Shown: positions 48,202-59,300 of the stretch, one piece after another
How the letters are laid out: each line of letters begins with the position of its first letter
Position numbering within the stretch: position 1 is the first letter of the stretch
NCBI GenBank assembly: GCA_965216875.1
Contig: OZ244207.1
Coordinates: 3,200,001 to 3,264,000 of the forward strand
Length of the DNA: 64,000 bases
Source of the DNA: Rubripirellula sp.
Lineage (GTDB): Bacteria; Planctomycetota; Planctomycetia; Pirellulales; Pirellulaceae
Direction: 5' to 3'
Position numbers and translations under genes: made by a program
The notes under the pieces: generated by a model
What the model was told of the DNA's origin: nothing
Seen by the model: the letters and a program-made list of their open reading frames with translations, nothing else
Database searches by the model: none

Positions 48202-48252
48202 CTCTTTTGCTGCCGAAGCCAGATGCTGGAAGTTGCGATGGCTTGGTAAGTG

Positions 48253-49356
48253 CTAGACGTCGATCGCGTTGTCGAGATTCACTTCGATCTCTTTAACCTT
48301 CCGATCGTCGTTACGCTTCTTGAGCGGTTCCTGTTCCGGCGGCTGAAGATTTCGTTGGCGTTGGGGGTTTTCGAAGCCGGGGCGACGCAATCGATTCTGA
48401 AAAATGTCTTGCATGCGTTGCCTGCTCTCTTCGCGCATCCGTTGCGAACGTTCCAAGTGTTCACGTCGCATCTGTTCGGCGCGTTGTCGCGCATCATCGA
48501 TCTGCCGCTGAATCTCTTTGTCAAAACCTTGGGCATTTGGAAATGGCTGCCTGAACGGATCCGCTCCGAATGGATTTCCGAACGGCCTGCCCATAGGCGG
48601 CATCGCAGGCCCACGGTTTCCGAACCCAAAGCCCTGAATGTTGATTCCGCCACCGAGCTCAGAGAACTTTTTGTGAGCGTCCGCGTCACCCTTTTTCAAA
48701 TCATCAATGTCGTCAAAGTTCTTGGTCGTCACCTTGCCGTTTTGGTCCGTTCTCTTGACCTCGATGCCTTTATCCGTCTCAACGATGTGAGTCTTTTCGC
48801 CATTCTCAGTAATCTTGACCGAGCGTTTGCCGTTGATCACAGAGATACTGACCGATCGGTTTCCTTGCGGCATGTTCCTCATCGCAGGTGGGAAGATCTG
48901 CGGTGGAACCATTGCCCCACCCGGCCGCCTTTGCGGAGTTGGGGCTGGCGGGTTCAACAAGCGATCCGCTGCCTTGGAGCGAGGATGGGTCTCATTACCT
49001 GCGATTCGCTTGAGACGTTCGCCTGCTGCCTCCCTGAGTCCTTGATCCGAGCCAAGGTAATGTTCTTCCAAAACACCAAACGCTCGATCGGCCGCATCAC
49101 TGTTTTCGCTTGCAGCAATCGCCTCGACGACATCCAACAGGTCGTGCCCGCCTCGCAACAATTCACTCGTCGCTTTGTTGCGAACTGCAAACCGTTTCGA
49201 ATTGAGCTTGTCGATCCAAACCCGAACTTGCGGGGAATCCACCGTCACCGGCGCAACCTCTTGCCCCTTTGCTTCCTGGCCCCAAGCCGTCGAACAAACG
49301 ACGCAGTGAAAGGTCGCAAACACCAACGCGATTGAGCATCGAAAGAACTTCATCAT
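48253..49356 (-). CDS. Hypothetical secreted protein (helical repeat N-domain, Pro/Arg/Gln-rich C-terminus)
   Basis: GAGAGG RBS, signal-peptide-like start, WIDKLNSKRFAVRNKAT HEAT-like segment. Confidence 0.7.
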   Translation of the reverse strand: MMKFFRCSIALVFATFHCVVCSTAWGQEAKGQEVAPVTVDSPQVRVWIDKLNSKRFAVRNKATSELLRGGHDLLDVVEAIAASENSDAADRAFGVLEEHYLGSDQGLREAAGERLKRIAGNETHPRSKAADRLLNPPAPTPQRRPGGAMVPPQIFPPAMRNMPQGNRSVSISVINGKRSVKITENGEKTHIVETDKGIEVKRTDQNGKVTTKNFDDIDDLKKGDADAHKKFSELGGGINIQGFGFGNRGPAMPPMGRPFGNPFGADPFRQPFPNAQGFDKEIQRQIDDARQRAEQMRREHLERSQRMREESRQRMQDIFQNRLRRPGFENPQRQRNLQPPEQEPLKKRNDDRKVKEIEVNLDNAIDV

Positions 49357-49653
49357 TCCTCTCGCCTTTGTTCCCAAGCCGATTGTGCCCATCGGGGCAG
49401 ATCACGGGCAGGGACGTCTCTGGGTGGATCAGTCCAACTGGTGAAATCTAGGCCAGTATACCGCGCGGCGCCAAGATCGCCCCCGTATTGGCGTCAGTTT
49501 CGGACGCAAGTGCTGCGGATTGGAGATGTGATTCCACCACAAGACCCAAGTGCAAAAAACTGAGCCGAGACTCGCGTAAGCGGCCGGGCCTTCATCCGAG
49601 CTCCGCGGTGGCAAGGGCCCGAGGCCTCACGGCCAGCAGCTCACGGGTAGTGA

Positions 49654-50931
49654 CTAGAGCTTTGCCCCAATACAAAAAAGGTGAGACTTGGTTCGCACGT
49701 AGATACGGCCATCCGAAATTGCGGGAGAGGCATAACAAGATTCGCCGAGCTTGTTCTTTGAGACGATCTCGGCCGTCTCGCCCGGTTTCACGATCTTGCA
49801 AATTCCGTCGTCATCGAACAGATAGACCAAACCGCCAGCGGTCACCAGCGACGCACTATAGTGCCTCCCCATCCGCTCGCGCCAAATCCGGTCGCCAGAT
49901 CTCTTGTCGAAACAATTCACGATCCCTCGGTCGTCGGCCACCATCAGATAGCGACCAACGAGCACGGGGCTCGGGACGTAACATTTTGCGACGGTGCTGT
50001 GCCAAGCAACGTGGCTTTCAGTCACGTTGCCACGTCCTCCAGAACGAATCCCCATCACATGATGTGTCGGGAATCCGGCGGTCATATAAAACTTGTCGCC
50101 GTCATAAACCATGGACGCAACGAACTGCTCCGTCGGTCCATCAATCTTCCACCACGTGGAACCGTCTCGTGGATTCAAACTCGTGATCTGCTTGCTACCT
50201 GAAAAGACAAGATGCGGCTCGCCACCAATGTTGCGAAGCAGCGGCGTCACGTAGCTACGCGTCTTGTGCTTGCGCGGTGACTTCCATTTCGTCTCACCCG
50301 ATTCTCGGTCGAGCGCGACAACGTACGACTCACCATCGTGATCGCCGTTGACAATCACCAGATTGTTGAAGAGCACGGGACTACTGCAGTAACCGTGCAT
50401 GCTCGAAAACGAGCCGGGACGCACCTTCCAACGTTCGTTGCCTTGAAAATCGTACGCCGCGACCACCATGTTGCCTGGCGACACACGTCCCTCGGACGCT
50501 CCGGTCGGTTCCAAGAAAGTAACGTAAACCGTTTTGCCATCAGTTGCCGGCGTCCCCGAAGCAAAGCTGTTGAGTTTGTGCTTCTGCTCAAGTGGCGCGA
50601 CGACCACCGTCTGTTGCCAGAGCACGTCGCCGGTCTTGGAATCCAAACAAATCAGGTCCCGGTGATTCGATTCGAGCAAACAGGTTGTCAAAAAGAGGTG
50701 GCGACCGTGAACGATAGGCGATGAATGGCCAATCCCAGGTAGCGGTGTCTTCCAAGCAATGCCGTCGCCCGTTTCGCCGTCCCAACGTATCGGAACATTC
50801 GGCTCGATACTCGTGCCATCACCTCGAGGTCCGCGCCACTGCGGCCAATCCTCCCCGGATGCACTGCTCGCCAAGCTCAAAAAGGCGATCGCAAGACATG
50901 ACCAAGCAACACAGCTAACCAATGAACGCAT
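49654..50931 (-). CDS. PQQ-binding-like beta-propeller repeat protein
   Basis: Signal peptide, EDWPQWRGPRGDG, WKTPLPGIGHSSP, repeated SSP/TP blades, YASPAISDGRIYVRT. Confidence 0.9.
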   Translation of the reverse strand: MRSLVSCVAWSCLAIAFLSLASSASGEDWPQWRGPRGDGTSIEPNVPIRWDGETGDGIAWKTPLPGIGHSSPIVHGRHLFLTTCLLESNHRDLICLDSKTGDVLWQQTVVVAPLEQKHKLNSFASGTPATDGKTVYVTFLEPTGASEGRVSPGNMVVAAYDFQGNERWKVRPGSFSSMHGYCSSPVLFNNLVIVNGDHDGESYVVALDRESGETKWKSPRKHKTRSYVTPLLRNIGGEPHLVFSGSKQITSLNPRDGSTWWKIDGPTEQFVASMVYDGDKFYMTAGFPTHHVMGIRSGGRGNVTESHVAWHSTVAKCYVPSPVLVGRYLMVADDRGIVNCFDKRSGDRIWRERMGRHYSASLVTAGGLVYLFDDDGICKIVKPGETAEIVSKNKLGESCYASPAISDGRIYVRTKSHLFCIGAKL

Positions 50932-51061
50932 CGACAATTCTTTCCGCCCTAGCAACCAATCGAAACCACCATTCTAGACGCTGACCAATTCGCAGGGGTA
51001 TCGAAGGCACGATAAGATGGTGGTCCCTCAATCCATCCCGCCTTTGAACCCACCAACCCGC

Positions 51062-52165
51062 ATGTCCCCACAACGCAATGTCTCGCGCCGCACGGTTGTC
51101 GCAGCCGCAGCAGCCAGTGCAATCACTCTGCCACAACTTGCCGTTGGACAAACACTGGTATTTGGAGAAACACCGCCGGCAAAGATTCGCATCGGCCAGA
51201 TCGGTACGAAACACCCCCACGCCGCTGGCAAATTGCAGACAATTCGAGAACTGGGTGACCTTTACGAGGTGGTTGGTGTCGTGGAGGACGACGCCAAGCA
51301 GCGCGAGCGAGTTGCGAGCCAACCGGCCTATCGCGATCTGCCGTGGATGACGACCGAACAACTCCTCAACATCCCTGGGCTCGCCGCCGTTGCCGTTGAA
51401 ACCGATGTGAAGGACCTTGCGACCACCGGCCGCACCTGCGTTCTTGCTGGAAAACACATCCACTTGGACAAGCCCGCGGGGCTGAACATGCGTGAATGCC
51501 GCGCACTGCACCAAGCGGCCGACGCCAACTCGGTCACCGTGCAAATGGGATACATGTTGCGGTACAACCCCGCGTTCGTCTTGCTGTTCGAGGCAGTGAA
51601 AGAAGGTTGGATTGGCCCCATCACCGAATTGACCGCAATGATGGGAAAGAAGGCAAGCGACGCATTGCGCCGTGACCTTGCCCGGTACCCTGGCGGAGGC
51701 ATGTTCGAACTTGCTTGCCACCTGGTCGATGCCATGGTCTATGCGCTCGGCAAGCCGCAGTCGGTGACCGCCCACAACCGAAGCACCTATCCTCAAAAAG
51801 ACTCCTTCCTCGACAACCAGCTCGCGGTGTTCGACTATCCAAACGCGATTGCAACGATCCGATGCAATCACCTCGATCCCTTTGGATTCCCACGCAGGCA
51901 TTTCCATGTCATTGGCCAAGAGGGGCACATCAAGATTGGCCCGCTTGAGCCTGCCGATGTCCAACTGGCGCTGACCCAGCCTCGCGGTCCATTCAAAAAG
52001 GGAACTCAAAAGGTAACGATGCCAAAAACGTCCGGGCGGTACGACGAAGAATTCCGCGACCTGGCGCGGGTGATTCGAGGCGAGAAAGAACTTGCCTGGA
52101 ATTCAACCCACGACCTCGCCGTTCACGAAACCGTTCTACGTGCTTGCGGCTTGCCCGTCGATTGA
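51062..52165 (+). CDS. Gfo/Idh/MocA family oxidoreductase with Tat-like signal
   Basis: VSRRTVV; IRIGQIG; GKHIHLDKP; GYMLRYNP; GGGMFELACHLVD. Confidence 0.88.
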   Translation: MSPQRNVSRRTVVAAAAASAITLPQLAVGQTLVFGETPPAKIRIGQIGTKHPHAAGKLQTIRELGDLYEVVGVVEDDAKQRERVASQPAYRDLPWMTTEQLLNIPGLAAVAVETDVKDLATTGRTCVLAGKHIHLDKPAGLNMRECRALHQAADANSVTVQMGYMLRYNPAFVLLFEAVKEGWIGPITELTAMMGKKASDALRRDLARYPGGGMFELACHLVDAMVYALGKPQSVTAHNRSTYPQKDSFLDNQLAVFDYPNAIATIRCNHLDPFGFPRRHFHVIGQEGHIKIGPLEPADVQLALTQPRGPFKKGTQKVTMPKTSGRYDEEFRDLARVIRGEKELAWNSTHDLAVHETVLRACGLPVD

Positions 52166-52347
52166 AATCGCCAACCGACTTGTGAGTGGAATGGGTGCTA
52201 GCTGCCGGCCTTTCACCCACCAGCTGTGCGACCAAAAGTACAAACCACGGATCACGCAATCACACGGAAAAGAAGACACTAAACATGAGCGGCTTTGGCG
52301 TTAGTCGCCGGCCTTGCCCCCATCGTCTCGATCCTCAGAATCAAACC

Positions 52348-52596
52348 ATGCTCACTCTCCTGCCAATCCTGCTGTTCTCAGTACTCATCGCGATCGCTTG
52401 TGTCCAGGTAGCTCGTGCGAGCCTGCCCGAACGGCTCAACCGTCCCCCTCTCAGTGACGAAGCATTCGCGGCGATGCTTCCTGAGCACGACCCTGAGATG
52501 GTGATCAAAGTCCGCCATGTGCTCTCGGAGGCTGTTGGCTGGGACGCCGATGAAATCTATCCCGACACGACACTGCTAGACCTGACCGAATACTAA
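52348..52596 (+). CDS. Small membrane-anchored hypothetical protein
   Basis: Hydrophobic N-terminus then KVRHVLSEAVGWDADEIYPDTTLLDL (resembles the N-terminal half of a carrier-protein fold); fills the gap between genes. Confidence 0.55.
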   Translation: MLTLLPILLFSVLIAIACVQVARASLPERLNRPPLSDEAFAAMLPEHDPEMVIKVRHVLSEAVGWDADEIYPDTTLLDLTEY

Positions 52597-52610
52597 AAGC
52601 GAGCCTCTGA

Positions 52611-53828
52611 TCACGAGTCGTGATCTGCCATCACTTCCTCGGCGACCGGCAACTCTGGCAGGTCTTTCACCTTTGGCTTTCGACGACGACGTGTCTTGGG
52701 CGGAATGAGGTCGCGCATCAAATCGAGCTTGCCAAAACAGAGCAATCGATCGCCCGATTCAAGCACGCGCGCCGGCTTCGGATTCGGGATGACTTGCGTC
52801 CCCCGGTAGAGCGTCAAAGCATTCAGGTCTCGATCTCGCAAACCCGACTCTTCGATGGACTTGCCGACAAATTCTGATCCATCGGGAATGTGAATCTCAG
52901 CAACGCCATACCCGCGACTCACCGTTAGCCGCTGGCGCAGATCGATCTCTGGAAAGTCGACTTGAGCCGCAATGTAGTCGATGATCGACCCGGCAATATC
53001 AAGTTGGGTGCAACGTTCGATTCCCTCTAGCCCAGGCGACGAATTGACTTCCATGATCTGGGGGCCATCCTTGCCTTCAAGCATGTCGACTCCCGCAACT
53101 CTCAGCCCCATGATCTGGGCGGTTCGAATCGCCGTTTCGCAATAGGTCGAGTCCAACAACACCGGCTCGGTAAGTCCACCGCGATGCACGTTGCTTCGAA
53201 ACTCTTGGCCCTGCGCGACGCGTCGCATGGCGGCAACGACTTGGTCACCCACCACAAACGCGCGAATGTCGCGCCCCTTGCTTTCGGCAATGAACTTCTG
53301 AATCAAGACGTTTTGCTTTTGGCTTTGCAACATCTCCACGATCGCCTCGGCCGAACGCACGCTTTCAGCCAGCAAGACGCCAACGCCCTGAGTCCCTTCG
53401 AGCAGTTTGATGATGACCGGTGCGCCCCCAACCCGCTGAATCGCTGGCAGGACGTCCTTCTTGTCGGTCACAAATGTCGTTCGCGGGATCCCGATGTGAT
53501 GGCGGCTAAGGATTTGCAAACTACGGAGCTTGTCGCGAGAATTCGAAATACCCGAAGAAGAATTCGCACAGAAGACATCCATCTGCTCGAACTGCCGCAC
53601 CAGCGCGGTCCCGTAATTCGTGACCGATGCACCGATCCGCGGCAGGACCGCGTCATAGTCCGTGAGCTGCTTGCGACGAAAATAGAGGTCGGGTTCGCCC
53701 TGTTGCAAATCGATGGCAAACTTCAAGGTGTCGAGCACCTTTGCACGGTGCCCACGCTGTTGCGCCGCCTCTTTCAAACGGCGGGTGCTATAGCAACGAT
53801 GGTTGCGACTAAGAATTGCGAGCTTCAT
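52611..53828 (-). CDS. rimK: RimK family alpha-L-glutamate ligase with C-terminal TrkA_C (RCK_C) domain
   Basis: MKLAILSR, YSTRRL, PRIGAS, RDKLRSLQ, KLLEGTQGVGV, FRSNVHRGG, EVNSSPGLEGIE; C-terminal VAEIHIPDGSEFVGKSI...GDRLLCFG. Confidence 0.92.
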   Translation of the reverse strand: MKLAILSRNHRCYSTRRLKEAAQQRGHRAKVLDTLKFAIDLQQGEPDLYFRRKQLTDYDAVLPRIGASVTNYGTALVRQFEQMDVFCANSSSGISNSRDKLRSLQILSRHHIGIPRTTFVTDKKDVLPAIQRVGGAPVIIKLLEGTQGVGVLLAESVRSAEAIVEMLQSQKQNVLIQKFIAESKGRDIRAFVVGDQVVAAMRRVAQGQEFRSNVHRGGLTEPVLLDSTYCETAIRTAQIMGLRVAGVDMLEGKDGPQIMEVNSSPGLEGIERCTQLDIAGSIIDYIAAQVDFPEIDLRQRLTVSRGYGVAEIHIPDGSEFVGKSIEESGLRDRDLNALTLYRGTQVIPNPKPARVLESGDRLLCFGKLDLMRDLIPPKTRRRRKPKVKDLPELPVAEEVMADHDS

Positions 53829-53864
53829 TCGATTCGGTCACTTCAAGACGGAACGTCAAACAGA

Positions 53865-54323
53865 TCATTTCTTCTTCTTTTTGGGTCGTCCGCCATAATA
53901 CGACCGGCCTGTATCCACTAAGAATCGCCCGCGAAACGCCTGACGACCAAGCAACATCCGAAAACCCATTTTGCCGCGGTCGGACAGGGTCAATTCAATT
54001 GGCCACGTCAAACCAAGTAACGTCACATTGGTCTCGATCACCGGACGCACTTCGGCCTGACCGCTCGAACTGCGGACCGACCGAGTTTCAAGAACGGGAG
54101 CCTCAAGACGCAAAAGAGTTTTCTCACGCCGTTGCACTGGATGAACTGCAAATCGCACCCATTCAACACTCTCCTTTTCGAAGAACTCAACATCAAATGC
54201 ATGAAGCGAAGAAGACCGAGCGCCGGTGTCGACCTTCGCCTTGATCCGTCGTATCGGCAGATCGGGAAGGCTGACCCATTCACGCCAACCAATCACCGGC
54301 AAAACCGCGGGCTGTTGTTCCAT
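53865..54323 (-). CDS. RimK-associated protease (RimB-like, retropepsin-like 'ATP-dependent Zn protease' family)
   Basis: IGWREWV, KAKVDTGARSSSLHA, VRSSSG, ELTL.DR..M.FRMLLGR. Confidence 0.88.
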   Translation of the reverse strand: MEQQPAVLPVIGWREWVSLPDLPIRRIKAKVDTGARSSSLHAFDVEFFEKESVEWVRFAVHPVQRREKTLLRLEAPVLETRSVRSSSGQAEVRPVIETNVTLLGLTWPIELTLSDRGKMGFRMLLGRQAFRGRFLVDTGRSYYGGRPKKKKK

Positions 54324-54434
54324 AAAACGAACGTCTCCGAGAATTCAGGAGAAGCAAGATTACGTTTTTTTGATGCCCGGGAAAAGGAGTATTCTTTGCG
54401 AAATCCTTGTCCCTTTTTCGGCCAGAAAACGCCG

Positions 54435-55511
54435 TCAATCTGGCGTCTGTTCTTCAGGATCGACCACCTGCACACTGGTTGATAAATGCTCTTGGGCCGT
54501 CCGATGGACATCATCGGCAAGTGCCCTTCGTTCGACACGTTGGACCGACCGCGGGCTCGAGAGTTGGCCCAAGTGAATCACCGGTTCCCCTGGCTGAACC
54601 GCCGGCAACGTTGTCATCCCAATCACGATCCCATCGAACGGAGCGATCAGGCGGTTCTGGTCTTCGTGAAGAAGATTGCTATTGCTTGCCAGCGGCTGGC
54701 CAGCCACCACGGTGCTGCCAGGCGCGACGTGCATGTCAAGGAATCCGCCCCGTTCAGCGCGAACCCACTTGGTGTGTTTGATACGCGCCGGCTTGGTTGG
54801 CACATCAGGTTCACCGTCCATCATTTCAAGCTCTTTGAGGACGTTCTGAACCCCGCGCGTCATGCATTCAACGACTGACGGTTCGACCTTCCAAACCTCG
54901 CCTCCTTCGACAACGATCGTCGGGCATCCGGAAAAGGTTGCCTCGCGTCGAAACGAACCGCGTGGCCCACGTCCATCCAGAATCACACTCGCTCCGAACG
55001 CTTCCGCCATCCGCATGCACTTGGCGTTGGAATAGTCCGTGCGAACATTGGGGTAATTTGTCCTGCGCACCGCCGCGGTGTGTAAGTCGATCCCAAAGTC
55101 GCAGCGTTTCACGAGCGCATGGAAGATGACATGCGCCATACGCGATGCCATGCTACCTTCGGGATTGCCGGGAAAACAACGGTTCAAATCACGGCGATCG
55201 GGCAGGTAGCGCGAATGCCGCTCAAACCCGAGCACATTCAAAACGGGTATCATCACCAACGTGCCGCGACGCAAATTCCAGCTGGTATCGGCAATCAGCG
55301 AACGAATCGCCCCGGTTCCATTCAACTCATCACCATGCAATGCCCCCGTGACAAACCCGGTCGGCCCAGGTTCCGCGCCACGAATCACGCGCGCGGCAAT
55401 CGAAATGGTACGACTGGAATAGCTTTCCGTGATCTGAAAGTCGGTGTTCGCCGCCGTACCCGGTTCGACATCACAGCCAAACCAATGGTGTTGATCGATT
55501 CGAGCATTCAT
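54435..55511 (-). CDS. Succinylglutamate desuccinylase/aspartoacylase (M14) family protein
   Basis: GALHGDELNG, SRYLPDRRDLNRCFPG, GIDLHT, EGGE. Confidence 0.9.
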   Translation of the reverse strand: MNARIDQHHWFGCDVEPGTAANTDFQITESYSSRTISIAARVIRGAEPGPTGFVTGALHGDELNGTGAIRSLIADTSWNLRRGTLVMIPVLNVLGFERHSRYLPDRRDLNRCFPGNPEGSMASRMAHVIFHALVKRCDFGIDLHTAAVRRTNYPNVRTDYSNAKCMRMAEAFGASVILDGRGPRGSFRREATFSGCPTIVVEGGEVWKVEPSVVECMTRGVQNVLKELEMMDGEPDVPTKPARIKHTKWVRAERGGFLDMHVAPGSTVVAGQPLASNSNLLHEDQNRLIAPFDGIVIGMTTLPAVQPGEPVIHLGQLSSPRSVQRVERRALADDVHRTAQEHLSTSVQVVDPEEQTPD

Positions 55512-55710
55512 GGGCGAACTGCATCCCTCGGGACGCAACCTGAAAGAACAGAGAGCATTGCACGCCGATCGCGCGACAATTTCGGAAGTTTATCCCTTGG
55601 GCTGCCGGTTGCCCATCACCAGTCGCACTTTGCAGTGAATGCACCGACGAGGGCATCCTTCACGCACAACGCTCGGAGGCCTCATTCACTTGCGTGGGAG
55701 TTGAGTGAGT

Positions 55711-56334
55711 CTAGCCCGGCAGCTGTCTTGGAATTGAGGCATCCTCATCCACATGTGCAAACAGTCGCAGTGAGATATGGATGACCCAGCAAAAAACGAG
55801 AAGAAGCAGGAATCGCTGCGCAACCGGCTCGCTCGAAACCCCGCCGCCGACGCAAAGAATCGGGACGATTGCCAGAGCCGTCACGAGCCCCGCGCCCAGT
55901 TTCAGATCGGTGTCTCTCTGTTCAAGCTGGCTGAGGCGTGCAAGTGCGATGCACCAACCGCCCAGCCCCAAACAGACTGCAGCGAAGTGAAGACGCGACG
56001 CGACAGCTTCGGCCTGAGACAGGTCGGTCGGAATCGCGGCCAGCGCAAAAGCAACCCCTGTGCTGGCCAAACATGTGCCCAGCACACGATCGCCAACCGT
56101 AACCCCCAGGGAATACCCAAACATTGCAAAGGTCATTCCCACCATCGCAAAACCAATCACGTTAAACACAACTGCGTACGGTTGCTGCGACGCCCCTAAC
56201 TTACTGATGTAATCACACAGCAAGTGAAAATCGGGGTTCAGAAACGAACAAAGCAAAAACGCGAAGAGAAACAGGCCAACCGAAGCAAGGCCAAGACCAG
56301 CCGTGATCTGTTTCGCAGCTGTGATTTGTGTCAT
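55711..56334 (-). CDS. DUF998-like membrane protein
   Basis: Multiple TM segments, YISKLGA, LHF, AQR. Confidence 0.7.
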   Translation of the reverse strand: MTQITAAKQITAGLGLASVGLFLFAFLLCSFLNPDFHLLCDYISKLGASQQPYAVVFNVIGFAMVGMTFAMFGYSLGVTVGDRVLGTCLASTGVAFALAAIPTDLSQAEAVASRLHFAAVCLGLGGWCIALARLSQLEQRDTDLKLGAGLVTALAIVPILCVGGGVSSEPVAQRFLLLLVFCWVIHISLRLFAHVDEDASIPRQLPG

Positions 56335-56384
56335 GCCCGGTTGAACGTGAAAGGTGCGCGGTCAGAGTGTCGCACACCGTTGTA

Positions 56385-59300
56385 TCATGACGGCGGCTTG
56401 ACATCACGAATTGGAATCTCAATCGCAGGAACTTTTCCGTCGGCCGGCACAACAAACGCTTTGGTGCCCTTCCAACGCGGCACCGGCACGCCGGTGGTAA
56501 ACAATTGGTCGTTGGTGAGATCTTCATACCCCGAAAAAACGGCAACGTACTCACCGGGGCCGAGTGGCGGCGTTTCAAACCGCCCGTCCCCACCGCAATT
56601 GACGGCTTCAAAAAGAGTCGCACCAAGATTTTCTTCCGGTGAATCGGACGTCCCCTTGGCAGCGATCATCACCACGCCTCGTTCCAGCTTGGTCTTGTCA
56701 AAATCGACGACACTGCCAGCGACGACTTTTGATCTTTGCCGAACGAAACGAACCGACTTTGCCTGGCCGGCGAGCAGATCGAACCGATTGCGATCAAGAA
56801 ACAGTCCTTGTGAGACGCGACCTAGTCCCGCCTTGGCCAAATCGACGTTACACATCCGCGCGACTTGATAGTCTCCTGGCTGCAAGTCCTTCAGTGTGAC
56901 TGACTTTCCATTTTCGACGGGGCTCCACTTCGATTGATCTTCATCGACCGTGCCGATCTCGCCCACTCCATTGATGTGCTGGACAAAAATCCGTGCTTCG
57001 TCTGCACCACCAGGATGGTGATAGTGAATGGTGATTCGCGAGCCCTTGCCTGGAATGGTCACGCCAGAATCATCAAAATCAACCGTCACTCCGACCGATT
57101 CACCGATGAGTTTGTAGACTTCGCGCAGCTCCGCGTTGTGCGTTTTGATCGTTGTCTTTTGGTGAAGCGTCACGCCTAACTTTTTCAGTTTGCCAAGATC
57201 GATTGTCACCGGCACGTGATAAGTCTCTTCGAGGTGTGAGATCAGCCCGACCAATGGTTTCTCCATTTGTTTGATCGACACTTGCTGATCTAACACACTT
57301 TGATAGTCGATATCGACGGGCACAAGTCGAACAACACTCAACCGATCTCTCGCCTTGGACGCCTTGTCGACGATCTCTTTCAGCGGCACCGTGCCTGAAG
57401 CTGGTTTGTAATTGGGATGTCCAATGCCCCAATGCACAACGAGCTGCTCTCTCAGCGGATGATCCACGATATTGTCGGGAATCACAAACTTAAAATCGGA
57501 CTTACTGCGTGGCCAAATCAGATTGCCAACCGGTTTTCCCTGAGTCGGATCTTCATGCGGCTCACGAAACCGAAGTGAGATCGTCGTTTCATCGCCCGCG
57601 ATCGGCTCACCCGAAACGGCATCGATGATCGTGCAATCGAATGGCTCGAACTTCTCCAATGAGATCGTCGGTGCCGGGACTTGGTTTTGCGACGCTTGCT
57701 GGTTTTGTCGCCCCTCCTTTTCGGCCTTCCACTTCTCGTTCCAGGTCGTTGCGTCGTCACCCGACTCGCTTGTCAGCACCAACCCGATGTAGGGCTTGTC
57801 GAGCTGAAACTCGATCACTCGGTCACTGCCCTTAGGATCCCGACGCGAATAGGAATGCGACACCGAATGTGGGCGTTTCGCGAAGCTGGCGACGATTCGA
57901 AAACGACCGGGGCGCAGTCCCTCAAGATGGAAAGTCAGCTTGTCACCTTCTCGCTTCGTTTTCAATCGCTTCGATTGCGCGTACATCCAGGTTGCTTGTG
58001 GATTGTCTCGAACCAGGACCTCAGGCTGATCCCACTCTGCCGAGAACCGGTCCAATTCCTCTTTGGTGCCGTGCACTTCTCCACGCACTTCAAGCCATGA
58101 CCCGAGCTTGATTTCCCCTAGATCTTTTCCTGCTTTGATCGGGCCAACGAAACGTGGCGCCAAATGGGCGTCTGCTGGTTCGACGTAGAAATGGTAGATC
58201 GCGTCACCCAGCTTTTCGTAGACTGGATTGATCCGTTGCAGAGAATCCAGAACGACTCTTCCGTCCTCATCGGAATACGTCCAAATCTCTCCGCCCGTTC
58301 CCTTGGTCGGATAGGGCCCCGATGAGGCTTTTGCAGACGTTTTGACAAAGTGTCGGATTTTGGCTTTGGCCACGGGCTTGCCGTCGACGGCCGACACCAA
58401 CCGAAAGGTTGTTTTGGCTGCGGGTTTTAGCGTCAACGTTTTTGACTTTCCCGCCTTCAACTTGACTTGGTGAAACGACGCCTCTTCGAATCCGGGTGCC
58501 CGGACAAAGATTCGCGACACCTTTTCCGTTGCTTCGGCGATCTTTGTTCCGCCTTTTTGAACCGGCAGGTCGGTGTGGTCCTTCCGACGAATCTGGCCCG
58601 AGAAGGTGAACTTGCCCGACTCAATTTCATTGCCGTCTGGGTCGGCAAAAACGACGCGTCCGTCAAACGAAGGCGGCTTCGCGCGCTCGTCATCCGCTGG
58701 CGTTCGCTTTCGGAAAAACAGCAGCGTCTCACCCGTCGTCAAATCCGATTTGTAATCTTCGGCTTTCGGAAAGATGACGTTCCCTTTGTCGTCTTTCATT
58801 TGGCGACTATTGAAACGCAGCGTGTAGCGCACCGAGTACATGCCCGGTTCTTTGATTCCCGTCACCCCAGGGGTCAGGATGAACAACCGAGCGGAATCAC
58901 CGGGTTGAAGTACCCACCGCACATCGATCGGCCATCCCGAAAACCAAGCGCTAGCAACATCGACCTTCTTTCCCGTCGAATCAACGACTTCGATCGTATC
59001 ACCTTGGCGGCTCGTTTCACTCGCGAAGGTGATCGCTTTATCACTTACATTTCGAACATGGCAATAGACCCCGACCGCACTCTTGAGCGGGATTCCTGGC
59101 GCGTCATGCGGCGTTTCTTGAATGTACTTGGGCACCTCGAATTCAATCGCAGCCTGCAGCCCATCGACGGTCGGGCCGAAATTCAGTTCAGGCTTCGCTC
59201 GACCAACTGGTTCATCGATTGCAAACTCGACGCTGTTCGATTCGACCACACCTTGCCACGCGTCACCTTGCTTTGACTTGGGCCAATGTTTCTTGATCTT

